Assembly (NCBI GenBank): GCA_035295745.1
Contig: DATGIL010000007.1
Location: 50,062 to 114,061, forward strand
Reading direction: 5' to 3'
From: Bryobacteraceae bacterium
GTDB taxonomy: Bacteria > Acidobacteriota > Terriglobia > Bryobacterales > Bryobacteraceae
DNA length: 64,000 nt
Shown in pieces: positions 10,204 to 20,507 of the stretch (positions within the stretch are counted from its first letter, which is position 1; each line of letters opens with the position of its first letter). The translations under genes were made by a program, and so were the position numbers. The notes under the pieces are model-generated. The model was not told where the DNA came from. It did no database searches and was given only the letters and a program-made list of their open reading frames with translations.

Positions 10204-11675
10204 TCACGAAAGTTCGCAGTCATCTCTCCCCCAACGAAGCATTGCTCTTCGAACGCAGCTCTCCGGGAAAAAAGGCCTACCAACTTCCCGATCTCGACGT
10301 TCCGCCCGTCGACGCCGCGGAAGCTCTCGGCGCCGATAACGTCCGGGAGGCGATCGAGGGATTCCCGGAAGTCAGCGAAGTGGAGGCGATCCGCCACTTC
10401 ACCCGCCTCTCCACCTGGAACTACGCCATCGATTACGGTATGTATCCGCTGGGTTCCTGCACCATGAAGTACAACCCCCGGATCAACGAACTGGTGGCGC
10501 GCACCGAAGGCTTGGCATGGGCGCATCCCTATCAGCCCGAGTCGTTGTCGCAGGGGTGCATGGAAGTGATGGCGCGAGTGGAAGCAGCGCTGGCCGAGAT
10601 TACCGGCATGGACGCGGTCACGCTGCAACCCGCTGCTGGAGCGCACGGTGAGCTCACCGGCATCCTGCTCATCCGTGCCCTGCTGCAGAAACGCGGCAAC
10701 CCGCGCAAGAAAATCCTGATCCCCGATTCGGCCCACGGCACCAACCCCGCCACCGCCGCCATCGCGGGATATGCCATCGAGAACATCAAGTCGAGCGAGA
10801 CGGGCGTGCTCGACGTGAGCGCCCTGGAGCGGCTGGTGACGGACGATGTCGCGGCATTGATGGTCACCAATCCCAACACCTTGGGCGTCTTCGAAGAGAA
10901 CATCAACCGCGTGGCCGAGATTCTCCACGCCAAAGGCGCCATGCTCTACATGGATGGCGCCAACATGAACGCGCTCGTCGGCATCGCGCGCCCAGGCGAC
11001 TTCGGCGTGGATGTGATGCATCTCAACCTGCACAAGACCTTCTCCACACCCCACGGCGGTGGCGGCCCCGGCGCCGGCCCGGTCGCCGTCAAGAAGGTGC
11101 TGGAGCCGTTCCTGCCCGCACCCCGCCTGAAGCGCTCGGGCAAGAAATGGACGTATGACTACAAACGCAAGCACTCCATCGGCAGGGTGAAGGCGTTCTA
11201 CGGCAATTTCGGAGTCCTGGTGCGCGCGTTCGCTTACATCCTCGCGCATGGCGGTCCAGGATTGCGCAACGCCACGGTCGACGCGGTTCTCAACGCGGTC
11301 TACATTCGCAAAAGGCTGGAGCCTTATTTCGATCTGCCCTACTCCTCGCCCAATATGCACGAGGTGGTCTTCAGCGACGACCGCCAGGCCAAACTCGGGG
11401 TTCGCACCGGAGAGATCGCCAAGCGCCTGATCGATTACGGATTCCACCCCTACACCGTCAGCTTCCCGCTGATCGTTCACGGCGCCCTGATGATCGAGCC
11501 CACCGAAACCGAAGGCAAGATGGAGTTGGATCAGTTCATCGACGCTATGATCTCCATCGCCAAGGAAGTGGAAACCGATCCGCAGATGGTGAAAAATGCA
11601 CCCTACGGCACCCGGACCAGCAAGGTGGATGAAGTCACCGCCGCGCGCAAGCCGGTGCTTCGATGGAAGCCCTGA
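10200..11675 (+). CDS. gcvPB: Glycine dehydrogenase (decarboxylating) subunit 2 (PLP-binding)
   Basis: 491 aa. [10 protein letters not shown]...[18 protein letters not shown] is the PLP-lysine region of GcvPB. Confidence 0.9.
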   Translation: MITKVRSHLSPNEALLFERSSPGKKAYQLPDLDVPPVDAAEALGADNVREAIEGFPEVSEVEAIRHFTRLSTWNYAIDYGMYPLGSCTMKYNPRINELVARTEGLAWAHPYQPESLSQGCMEVMARVEAALAEITGMDAVTLQPAAGAHGELTGILLIRALLQKRGNPRKKILIPDSAHGTNPATAAIAGYAIENIKSSETGVLDVSALERLVTDDVAALMVTNPNTLGVFEENINRVAEILHAKGAMLYMDGANMNALVGIARPGDFGVDVMHLNLHKTFSTPHGGGGPGAGPVAVKKVLEPFLPAPRLKRSGKKWTYDYKRKHSIGRVKAFYGNFGVLVRAFAYILAHGGPGLRNATVDAVLNAVYIRKRLEPYFDLPYSSPNMHEVVFSDDRQAKLGVRTGEIAKRLIDYGFHPYTVSFPLIVHGALMIEPTETEGKMELDQFIDAMISIAKEVETDPQMVKNAPYGTRTSKVDEVTAARKPVLRWKP

Positions 11676-13432
11676 AAAGCAGGGGTTGGGGGCTCTGGCT
11701 GGTCTTCGGACTGGTCCTGGCGATTCGCATCCCCTTTTGGAACCACCCGATCCAGGGCGACGACACGATTTACCTGCATGAAGCGGCTCATGCCCTGATC
11801 GAGCCGCTTCATCCCGACAACACCCGTTACGTCTTTCAAGGCGGCATAGTGGATCTGCGCGGCCATCCGCACGGACCTGTAAACGCCTGGGTGCTTGCGG
11901 GACTACTGGCCATCTTCGGCGAAGTGAAGGAGCTTCCCTTCCGTGCGATCTACACGGTTTTCTCTCTGGTGGCTGTCTGGGGGATGTGGTCTCTAGCCCG
12001 TCGATTCTCGCCGAATCCGCTGTGGGCCACGCTGCTCTTCGTCGCTGTGCCCGTGTTCGTCGTAAATGGCAATTCTCTCGAAACCGACCTTCCTTTCCTC
12101 GCATTCTGGATGGCGGCGATGGCGATATTCCAGTGGCACAGGCCCTTGGCGTCGGTTTTTTTAGTGCTCGCCGCGATGACTGGCACGCTTCCGCAGGCAC
12201 TGCTCATCAGCCCGATTCTCGCCGCGTGGGTGTGGCTCTATCGCCGCCACGATCGCGTCGCGTGGTGCGCCTGCTTCGTTCCGCTGTTCACCGTGATCGC
12301 ATGGCAACTCTTCGAGCGGCTGTCGACGGGCTCATTGCCCGCAGGCGTGCTGAGCGGCTACCTCACTCGCTTTAATCTGTGGAACCCCAAGGCACGCATC
12401 GCCCTGCTGTTCCATTTCTGTTTCGTGGTTTTCCCCGCCCTATTGCCCGGCGCCCTGGCGATCGCCTGGAAGAGGCGCCGTGAGACTGACACCCTGTTTC
12501 TCATCGCCTGGATTGGCATTTTCTTCGCCGGAGTGCTTGCCGTGTTCTTCGCCGGCTCGGCGCGATACCTGTTGCCGCTCGCTGCACCTGTCGCGCTGCT
12601 GGCATCGCGCCTGCCTGCGAAATGGCTCGCGGTAGGCTTCGCCGGCAATTTGACCCTGGGACTCGGCCTTGCGACGGCCAATGATCAGCACTGGGAAGGC
12701 TATCGCCAGGTCGCCCTCGAATTGCGCGGGCGCGCCGCGCGCCAGAGAGTCTGGGTCGATGACGAATGGGGCCTCCGTCACTACATGCAGGACGAAGGGG
12801 CATTGCCGCTGACGAAATCCCAGCGTCTGCAGGCTGGTGATCTGGTCGTGTCCAGTGAGTTGAGCCATCAGGTTGAGATCCACGAGCCCACCGTCCCCGT
12901 GATGCGTACAGTGGAAATCCGCCCCTCCATTCCGCTCCGCCTCATTGGCCTCGAAACCCAGTCGGCATATTCGGACGCCTCTAAGGGCATCTGGCCTTTC
13001 GGAGTGTCATCCGGCCCTGTCGACCGCGTGAATGTGTGGGAAATCGGCGAACGTCACCCGACTCTCGAGTACCTCTCCCTCACCGATCCCGCCGCTCGCC
13101 AACACATCGTCGCCGGAATCTGGCCCGACGATCACTGGATGTCGCGTAGCGGCATCGTAGTCCTGAAAAGTCCCGCCACTCCTGGCGCGTTAAGTGCGTC
13201 GTTCTACATTCCTGACAATGCTCCAGCGCGCCAGGTGACGCTGTACCTCGATGGCAAAGAAGTGACCACCCAAACATTCGCCGCGCCCGGCAAATACGAT
13301 CTGAACTCGAGCGGCCCTGTCCACCCCGCAGGCCCTTCCTCCACCGTCGAGATTCGAGTTGACCGCACCTTCACCGCACCTCCCGACCTCCGCGAACTCG
13401 GCATGGTGCTGCTCGGCCTAGGGTTTCGCTGA
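11663..13432 (+). CDS. GT-C-fold membrane glycosyltransferase-like protein (PMT/ArnT-like) with C-terminal soluble domain
   Basis: 589 aa. About 11 predicted TM helices. First periplasmic loop carries HPIQGDDTIYLHEAAH (the DD motif typical of GT-C enzymes). Start overlaps the gcvPB stop by 13 nt. Exact family not resolvable without a search. Confidence 0.5.
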   Translation: MEALKSRGWGLWLVFGLVLAIRIPFWNHPIQGDDTIYLHEAAHALIEPLHPDNTRYVFQGGIVDLRGHPHGPVNAWVLAGLLAIFGEVKELPFRAIYTVFSLVAVWGMWSLARRFSPNPLWATLLFVAVPVFVVNGNSLETDLPFLAFWMAAMAIFQWHRPLASVFLVLAAMTGTLPQALLISPILAAWVWLYRRHDRVAWCACFVPLFTVIAWQLFERLSTGSLPAGVLSGYLTRFNLWNPKARIALLFHFCFVVFPALLPGALAIAWKRRRETDTLFLIAWIGIFFAGVLAVFFAGSARYLLPLAAPVALLASRLPAKWLAVGFAGNLTLGLGLATANDQHWEGYRQVALELRGRAARQRVWVDDEWGLRHYMQDEGALPLTKSQRLQAGDLVVSSELSHQVEIHEPTVPVMRTVEIRPSIPLRLIGLETQSAYSDASKGIWPFGVSSGPVDRVNVWEIGERHPTLEYLSLTDPAARQHIVAGIWPDDHWMSRSGIVVLKSPATPGALSASFYIPDNAPARQVTLYLDGKEVTTQTFAAPGKYDLNSSGPVHPAGPSSTVEIRVDRTFTAPPDLRELGMVLLGLGFR

Positions 13433-13570
13433 CGGCCTTAGCAACTTCGGGCGAAATCTCGGAGTTAAACGGGGCGATACCCAAGCGGCTCTAGCCCATA
13501 CGTTGTGGGTCCCTCCGAACGACGCGCGTTGGCTGGCAGTCAGTGCTAGATGTCGGCGTATCGCCAGATC

Positions 13571-14585
13571 GCTTGCTGACGCGCACGGCTCGTAGCGCAC
13601 GTATCGACGAGCCGCGACCGTGAGGGAGCGTCTCTCACCCTCCGATTCGTGGTCGCTTGCTCACGCGCGCGGCTCGCAAGCACACGTATCGCGCGAAACG
13701 GGTAGGTACGAGCCGCGACCGTGAGGGAGCGTCTCTCACTCTCTGATTCGTGATCGCTTGCTTACGCGCGCGGCTCGCAAGCACAGGTATCGCGCGAAAC
13801 GTATTTGGGTAGGTACGAGCCGCGACCGTGAGGGAGCGTCTCTCACCCTCCGATTCGTGGTCGCTTGCTTACGCGCGCGGCTCGCTAGCACACGTATCGC
13901 GCGAAACGTATTTGGGTAGGTACGAGCCGCGACCGTGAGGGAGCGTCTCTCACCCTCCGATTCTTGATCGCTTGCTGACGCGCGCGGCTCGCAAGCACAC
14001 GTATCGCGCGAAACGTATTTGGGTAGGTACGAGCTGCGACCGTGAGGGAGCGTCTCTCACCCCCCGATTCGTAGTCGCTTGCTGACGCGCGCGGCTCGCT
14101 AGCACACGTATCGCCCGAAACGTATTTGGGTAGGTACGAGCTGCGACCGTGAGGGAGCGTCTCTCCTCCGATTCGTGGTCGCTTGCTGACGCGCGCGGCT
14201 CGCAAGCACACGTATCGCACGAAACGTATTTGGGTAGGTACGAGCCGCGACCGTGAGGGAGCGTCTCTCACCCTCTGATCGGTGATCGCTTGCTGAAGCG
14301 CGCGGCTCGCAAGCACACGTATCGCACGAAACGTATTTGGGTAGGTACGAGCCGCGACCGTGAGGGAGCGTCTCTCACCCTCCGATCCGTGGTCGCTTGC
14401 TGACGCGCGCGGCTCGCTAGCACACGTATCGCGCGAAACGTATTTGGGTAGGTACGAGCCGCGACCGTGAGGGAGCGCCTCCGGCCTCTGATTCGTGATC
14501 GCTTGCTGACGCGCGCGGCTCGCAAGCACACGTATCGCACGAAAAGTATTTGGGTAGGTACGAGCCGCGACCGTGAGGGAGTGTC
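13571..14585. repeat. Tandem array of about 10 near-identical 107-bp units (first two units 84 and 101 bp), hairpin-rich
   Basis: Unit GCTTGCTGACGCGCGCGGCTCGCAAGCACACGTATCGCGCGAAACGTATTTGGGTAGGTACGAGCCGCGACCGTGAGGGAGCGTCTCTCACCCTCCGATTCGTGGTC. Unit starts measured at 13571, 13655, 13756, 13863, 13970, 14077, 14181, 14288, 14395, 14501. Lies between convergent genes: the GT-C protein ends at 13432 and the permease ends at 14638. Confidence 0.9.
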
Positions 14586-14637
14586 CTTGCCAAAAATACG
14601 AAAACTGCACTTCTGAAACGCTGTCCTAAATACTGCG

Positions 14638-17094
14638 TTATTCGTACCGAAGGGCCACCAGCGGATCGATCCGCACGGCACGCCGTGCCGGCAAATAACT
14701 CGCCAGAAAGGCCACCACGCCCAGCAGCGTCGCCACCGAGGAGAAGACCAGCGGGTCACGCGGCGTCACGCCATACAGCATGCTGGTCATCAGCCGGGTG
14801 AGTCCGAACGCTGCGAACAAGCCCACGGCGATGCCCGCCGCAGCCAGCGTCATCGCCTGCCGCATGATCATATTCCGCAGACTCCGCGAATTGGCCCCGA
14901 GCGCGAGGCGAATGCCAAACTCCAGCGTGCGCTGCTCCACCGCGTACGCCATTAGCCCGTACAATCCAATGGAAGCCAGCAGAATCGCGGAGAACGCGAA
15001 GATTCCCAGCAGCAGCGTATTGAACTGATCGCGCGCGGTGGATTGTACGACGATCTGGTCCATGGTGCGGATGTGCGCCACGGGAAGATCGGAGATGTCC
15101 TGAAACACGCGTTGAATGGGCGTCGAGAGCGAATAGGGCGCAACTTTAGTCCGGACTACCCAGGAGAGCGGCATGAAGCCGTTGTTCAATGCCATGACGC
15201 CATCGCGGACCTGCGGCAGCGGAACAAACATTTCGGGTGCCGGGTCGGTATTCAAACCGGCGTCGCGCGCGTCGGCCGCCACGCCCACGATTTCGCGTGG
15301 AGCTTCCGCAAACACTGACCCCATGGTGGGGCCAATCGTGATCCGCTTACCGATCGGGCTTTCATTCGGCCAGTATTGCCGCGAGAAAGCCTCATTAATG
15401 ATCACGACGCCGGGAGCCGCGGCATCGTCTCTCTCGCTGAAGGCGCGGCCGCGCACGATGGGCACGCGAAACACATCGAAGAAGCGGTATGTGACATAGG
15501 CCCAACCGGCGCCACCGTGAACTGGTCCGTTCGTCAGAGGACGGCCTTCGATGCGGAACGGTAAACCAAGGCCGCCTTCTAGCGGCAGATAGCAGGTGCC
15601 CGCGGCGGCCTCGACGCCGGGCAGCGCCTCGATCCGCTCGATGGCCTGACGGGCGACGTCGGCGATCGCTGCTGTTCGGTCGAAGTGGCTGCCGGCAAGC
15701 GAAGTATCCATGGTGAGGACGTTATGCGGATCGAATCCAGGCGCGACGCGATGCAGCGAATCGAAGGTGCGGATCAGCAGTCCGGCGCCGATCAGAAGCA
15801 CGATGGCCAGCGCCATTTCGGAGATCACCAGCAGGCCGCGCGTTCTGTTGGAGCGCAGTCCGGTGCCCGAACGCGAGCCGGCCTCCTTCAGAGTGGAACT
15901 CAGATCGGCGCGCGACGCCTGCATCGCGGGCACCATTCCGAAGACTACTCCGGTAAGCAGGGACACCAGCCCGGTAAATACAAGCACCCGCCAATCGAGA
16001 GTGACTCCCGAGCCGTCGACGCCAATTCGCGGGATGTTACCCGGATTTAACGCCAGTAGCAAGCGAACGCCAAAGGCGCCGAGCAGCAGGCCCAGTGCGC
16101 CTCCGATCAGTGACAGGATTACGCTTTCCGTAAGCATCTGGCGCACGATCCGTCCGCGGCTGGCGCCAATGGCGGCACGAATCGCAATCTCGCGGGCCCG
16201 CACCGAGGCGCGGGCGAGGAGCAGGTTCGCCACGTTGGCGCAGGCAATCAGCAGGACGCATCCCACCGCTCCCAGCAGCACCAGCAAGGCGGTGCGTACA
16301 TTGCGGACCAGGATCTGCTGCAACGGTTCCACCGTGAACGAATTGTTCGGCCCCATGGAGTTCGGGAATTTGCGCTTGAACTGCTCCGCCGCCAATCGCA
16401 ATGCGGCCTGGGCAGCGCGCAGAGGTATGCCGGCTTTGAGCCGTGCGGCGGCATTGAAGTAGTGAGCCTGCTGTGTGCTGTTCGGGTCGGCCTGGAACGG
16501 AATATAGAGGTCGGGTGCCGAGTCGAATTGAAAGCCCGCGGCAATCACTCCAATGATGGTGTACGGCTCGCCTCCAAGAGTGATCGGCTTGCCCACGATC
16601 GCCGGGTCAGAACCGAAACGCCTCTGCCACAAACCATTGGAGAGCACTGCAACGCGGCCGCCACCCGGCCGGTCTTCCTCCTCTGAGAAGGTGCGCCCGA
16701 GAGTGACCGGCGCGCCGAAGAGACGGAAGAATTCATGCGAAACGTGGATGCCCTTGACCTGTTCCGGCCGGTCGCCGCCGCCCAAGTTCATGCCGGGGCC
16801 CCCGCTGTCGTAGGCGGCAACATCGTCCAGCACCTCACTCTGCGCACGCCACACGTTATATTTGGGGACCGATGCGCCTGGAAAATTACCCTGGGGCGAG
16901 CTATTCATGAGCAGCACGATGCGGTCGGGCTGCGGATAAGGCAACGGCTTCAACAGAACCGTGTTTACCACGGAGAAAATGGCGGTGTTGGCGCCAATGC
17001 CGAGTGCCAGTGCGGAAATGGCGGTGGCGGTGAAGCCCGGGCTGTGCCGCAGTATGCGAATGGCGTGCTTCAGGTCCTTCATGAGAGCATCCAT
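14638..17094 (-). CDS. ABC transporter permease, MacB/FtsX family (ADOP-type)
   Basis: 818 aa. MDALMKDLKHAIRILRHSPGFTATAISALALGIGANTAIFSVV N-terminus. Duplicated FtsX domains. Confidence 0.85.
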   Translation of the reverse strand: MDALMKDLKHAIRILRHSPGFTATAISALALGIGANTAIFSVVNTVLLKPLPYPQPDRIVLLMNSSPQGNFPGASVPKYNVWRAQSEVLDDVAAYDSGGPGMNLGGGDRPEQVKGIHVSHEFFRLFGAPVTLGRTFSEEEDRPGGGRVAVLSNGLWQRRFGSDPAIVGKPITLGGEPYTIIGVIAAGFQFDSAPDLYIPFQADPNSTQQAHYFNAAARLKAGIPLRAAQAALRLAAEQFKRKFPNSMGPNNSFTVEPLQQILVRNVRTALLVLLGAVGCVLLIACANVANLLLARASVRAREIAIRAAIGASRGRIVRQMLTESVILSLIGGALGLLLGAFGVRLLLALNPGNIPRIGVDGSGVTLDWRVLVFTGLVSLLTGVVFGMVPAMQASRADLSSTLKEAGSRSGTGLRSNRTRGLLVISEMALAIVLLIGAGLLIRTFDSLHRVAPGFDPHNVLTMDTSLAGSHFDRTAAIADVARQAIERIEALPGVEAAAGTCYLPLEGGLGLPFRIEGRPLTNGPVHGGAGWAYVTYRFFDVFRVPIVRGRAFSERDDAAAPGVVIINEAFSRQYWPNESPIGKRITIGPTMGSVFAEAPREIVGVAADARDAGLNTDPAPEMFVPLPQVRDGVMALNNGFMPLSWVVRTKVAPYSLSTPIQRVFQDISDLPVAHIRTMDQIVVQSTARDQFNTLLLGIFAFSAILLASIGLYGLMAYAVEQRTLEFGIRLALGANSRSLRNMIMRQAMTLAAAGIAVGLFAAFGLTRLMTSMLYGVTPRDPLVFSSVATLLGVVAFLASYLPARRAVRIDPLVALRYE

Positions 17095-17280
17095 TGGTGG
17101 GTCTCCCTTCCGTAACTGTACTCAGGTTAGACGCAGCAACGGCGCCGGTGATAGCGTAGGGCTAGGTTGCGGGAGGATGCGTGGTTCTTCGAAGGCGGGC
17201 GCGTTGAACCCGCCCGAGGCGACTCAACAGCGCGCTATATAACTGCCGCGCCGCCGGCGTGGCGCTCTCCACAATATCGG

Positions 17281-17997
17281 TCATCCCGTTTTAGCCTCCT
17301 CTACGAACTTTTGCGCCTGTGGTGCGATCCGCTCCTCAAATCGACGGAAACTCTCATACAGTGCCCGCATACCGCTGCGCTGACCCCAAATGCCAGGTGG
17401 CAATTGAGGATCATGTCCGATGAACTGCGCAACACGGCCGCCGACCTTCATCCGCGCGACGAAAGCAGCTCTCGGCGACGTCGTTCGGGCGGCATGACGC
17501 TCGACCCAGGACGCTAAGCCGCTCGCTGCCGAATCCAGACCATCGAGGTCGTACAATCGGGCCGGATCGATTACGTGTGAAATAAACTCTCCGCGCATGC
17601 AAACGCCGGCCGCGCCGTGGATCGTTGTTCCCCATGCTGGCCTGATGAGCACGTTTGGCGCGATGGCGCGCCAGCCTTCGAACCATAACGCGCCGTGCAA
17701 TTGTTCGCGGTTCCTGCGCTCTTTTGGCTCATTCAGCGCTATCATCCACCACTTTCCATCCCACGCCTCATCAGGCGCCCGAAGCCGATCAAGGATGCCC
17801 TCAATGACAAACGCCTGACGCGACGAGTGCCGATATGTTGCATTGCGGGCCGGCCCCTCGCGCTCCAGAATTCCTTCGGCGACCATCCTCGTTAGGTGGC
17901 TTTTCACGTTCGTCGCCGATACGCCGAGCGGCTTCGCCAAGCGGATGAGTTGAGCCGCGGTTAGCGCGCAGTCCGCAAGCACCAGTATTCCAACCAA
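17281..17997 (-). CDS. PaaX-like transcriptional regulator
   Basis: 238 aa. N-terminal winged-helix region (LTAAQLIRLAKPLGVSATNVKSHLTRMVAEGIL). EAWDGKWWMIAL matches the PaaX-family AWDGKWLLL motif. Confidence 0.55.
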   Translation of the reverse strand: MVGILVLADCALTAAQLIRLAKPLGVSATNVKSHLTRMVAEGILEREGPARNATYRHSSRQAFVIEGILDRLRAPDEAWDGKWWMIALNEPKERRNREQLHGALWFEGWRAIAPNVLIRPAWGTTIHGAAGVCMRGEFISHVIDPARLYDLDGLDSAASGLASWVERHAARTTSPRAAFVARMKVGGRVAQFIGHDPQLPPGIWGQRSGMRALYESFRRFEERIAPQAQKFVEEAKTG

Positions 17998-18066
17998 AAC
18001 CGTCCGCCCTGAATTGATGTTTCGTATAGTTGCATTTTCTCACAAAGATGGACGAAAATTGCAATC

Positions 18067-18330
18067 ATGCGCGGATATACCAATTGCCAGTCGTGCGGCA
18101 TGCCGATGAAACGGGACGAAAACGGCGGCGGCACGAACGCCGACGGCTCCAAGTCAGCTATATACTGCTCGCACTGTTACAAGGCGGGACACTTCACGTT
18201 GCCGAACCTCACGGCGAAGGAAATGCAGGCGCGGGTCAAGCTCAAACTGCGCGACTCGGGTTTCCCCAGGATTGCCGCGTGGATATTCACGCGTAACATT
18301 CCAAAGCTAGCGCGTTGGCAATCATCCTGA
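18067..18330 (+). CDS. Zinc-ribbon domain protein
   Basis: 87 aa. CQSCGMP...YCSHCYKAG has two CxxC pairs. Confidence 0.5.
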   Translation: MRGYTNCQSCGMPMKRDENGGGTNADGSKSAIYCSHCYKAGHFTLPNLTAKEMQARVKLKLRDSGFPRIAAWIFTRNIPKLARWQSS

Positions 18331-18489
18331 GCCCATTCGCGACTTCTGGCCCGAATGCTTACAAACGGGGGCATACCCTGCCGCAACGTATCCCCACCGG
18401 GGCCCCGGCATTCCGGCCCCTTGCCTGCGATCCCCCCACAATGGCACCTTGAACCGAGTTCACAAAAATGAGAACATTAGGGAGGATGG

Positions 18490-18860
18490 GTGGCCCAAAC
18501 CGAGGTATTGTTCTTTCGGGAACTGAAGGACAATTCAGTGCCACTTTTGGAATGGATTGATGAATTGCCGTTGAAAGTAAAGGCCAAATGCATTGAGCGC
18601 ATCGACCGCTTGGCTAGCTCGGACATGAACTACGGCGACCTGAGGCGGATTTCTTGCGCGACGGTATTTACGAACTTCGGGCGAGCTACCAAGAGGTTCA
18701 CTACCGCATGCTTTATTTCTTTGCAGGAAAGGTCGTGGTTGTCGTCTCTCACGGCCTAACTAAGGAGCGGGAGGTCCCTCCCCTTGAAATTGATCATGCC
18801 GTGGAGAGAAAACGCCTGGTTGAAACAGACTTGCTCCAATCCACGTTTAGACCGGAGTAG
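18490..18860 (+). pseudogene. Gp49/HigB-like (RelE/ParE superfamily) type II toxin gene disrupted by a single-nucleotide frameshift
   Basis: Frame of 18490 encodes MAQTEVLFFRELKDNSVPLLEWIDELPLKVKAKCIERIDRLA, then runs into nonsense. The other frame from 18618 reads LGHELRRPEADFLRDGIYELRASYQEVHYRMLYFFAGKVVVVVSHGLTKEREVPPLEIDHAVERKRLVE, the conserved Gp49-like core. The two halves join only if 1 nt is inserted around 18613-18617, where there is an in-frame TAG at 18615-18617. Confidence 0.6.
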
Positions 18861-18866
18861 AGGATT

Positions 18867-19220
18867 ATGGCAGAGAAAAAACTTCAATCGAAAGCCTCTC
18901 ATTTTCTCTACAACCGCTACATTGCGGGCGATCCAAAGCGCGAAGAAGAATACGAAGAAGAGGTCATCAACGCGGAAATTGCGCGGAAGATCCACGACCT
19001 GCGGACAAAGGCAGGACTCACGCAGCAGGAACTTGCGGAACGTGTAGGCACATCAAAATCGGCCATCTGCCGGCTTGAAGATGCCGACTACGATGGGCAC
19101 TCGCTCTCTATGCTGAAGCGGATCGCGGAAGCGCTCGGCAAACGAGTGGAGATTCGCTTCTTGCCGGCGAAGCGGGCTCAGAACGGCGTAGGAACTGGTT
19201 TATCGGCGACCCGTTTATGA
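18867..19220 (+). CDS. HTH XRE-family antitoxin (HigA-like), partner of the frameshifted toxin
   Basis: 117 aa. IARKIHDLRTKAGLTQQELAERVGTSKSAICRLE is a classic XRE helix-turn-helix. Starts 7 bp after the toxin gene. Confidence 0.75.
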   Translation: MAEKKLQSKASHFLYNRYIAGDPKREEEYEEEVINAEIARKIHDLRTKAGLTQQELAERVGTSKSAICRLEDADYDGHSLSMLKRIAEALGKRVEIRFLPAKRAQNGVGTGLSATRL

Positions 19221-19379
19221 TGTTTCCACTGGTCTTACCGAAGAGCTGGGGGACATTCTCCAAACCATCGTTGCCGATGGAAATGCTCCGGCGGAAGCCG
19301 ATGCATATGTTCGACTTCGGTTATCCGAAGAGGGTAGGCTGATCCCACAGGTGCTTGTGAACGTGGCTTATGTGCTCGC

Positions 19380-20507
19380 TCACCAGAAAACGGCCAGCGC
19401 CCGGGGCTGCCCAATATTTTGTTGATCGATGGCTTGACCAACCATGTTGGCCAGGAGGGTTATGATCTGGAGCGGGTGCGCCACGCCTATTAATACTTGA
19501 TATCCCCACTGACCATGACCGAAAATGGGGCGGCCGGGCAGACTCCTTCGGAGATGCGCAGGACGCTGGAGATTCCTCCGGAACTCAGTGAGGACGCATT
19601 CCAACAAGCTGCTGCCGCTCTCTCTCGCTCACTCCGGTCGCGGGAGGGTGGCGAGTTGGCGATAGCCAACGCACTCTGGGCGAACCGCGGCTTTCGGCTG
19701 GCGGAGAGTTTTGTCAGGAGGTCCCGGGAATACTATGATGCCCAAGCCTCCACACTGGACGTCGAGAGACCCGAAGCGACCGAGACGATCAATGCCTGGG
19801 TCAGTAAATATACGCAGGGGAAGATACCGGGCATCGTGACTCAGGAAAATGTCCGAAGCTCTCTCGCCATTCTCACCAATGCGGTTTATTTCCGGGGCTG
19901 TGGAGTGAGCGGTTTCCCAAAAACCTCACTCAGAACGATGTCTTCCACAGAGCAGATGGCAGCAGCCGGACCGTCCGATGATGCACCGGGTGCGAATCGC
20001 GAACGGCTACCGACGCGGCAAGGGCTTTGAAGCGACACGCCTGCCTTGCCAGTCATCGCGACTTGCCCTTTATGCCATCCTGCCAGAACCGGGAACTAGC
20101 CCGTAACAGGCGCTGGCAAGGGTATCCGTTGCGAATCTGCCGCAAGCTACTGACACTTCCGAGTTGGACTTGGGGCTACCTAAGTTCAGCGTTAGTTACA
20201 GCACCAAGCTGAGAGATCCGCTGGAGCGAGTGGGGATGGGAATTGCGACGCGATATCCGGGAGCCGATTTCGGGCCGATGGGTTCGCATCAAATTTTCAA
20301 TGGCGAAGTGCTGCACAAAACGCGACTGGAAGTCGACGAAGATGGTACGGTCGCCGCGGCAGCGGCCGCGGTGGTAATGGTTCCAGGTGCGGTTCGGGCG
20401 CCTCCAAAAATATGAAAATCCTCGTTTTCAACCCGCCATTTGGCGTCATTTTGTGCGATGAGAAAACGCGCGCGGTTCTATTTGTGGGCAATATATATGA
20501 ACCGTAA
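19380..20507 (+). pseudogene. Serpin (serine protease inhibitor) pseudogene, multiply disrupted
   Basis: N-terminal serpin segment ISPLTMTENGAAGQTPSEM...ANALWAN...INAWVSKYTQGKI (19497-20030, frame 0) is preceded by an in-frame TAA at 19491-19493. The middle of the fold is missing: only 133 nt lie between pieces where about 70 aa are expected. LPKFSVSYSTKLRDPLERVGM...LHKTRLEVDEDGTVAAAAAAVVM is in frame 1 (20164-20415). C-terminal ...FNPPFGVILCDEKTRAVLFVGNIYEP is back in frame 0 (20412-20507). Confidence 0.7.

Noticed and set aside
13571-14585. The possibility that the 107-bp array is a CRISPR array.
   Set aside because: Units are contiguous with no unique spacer segments. The whole 107 bp repeats with more than 95% identity.
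13885-14759. ORFs 13885-14610 (-) and 14268-14759 (-) encoding a periodic peptide (...RRSLTVAARTYPNTFRAIRVLASRARQQAI...).
   Set aside because: They are simply translations of the 107-bp tandem repeat. The periodicity of the peptide equals that of the DNA repeat, and no start context is present.
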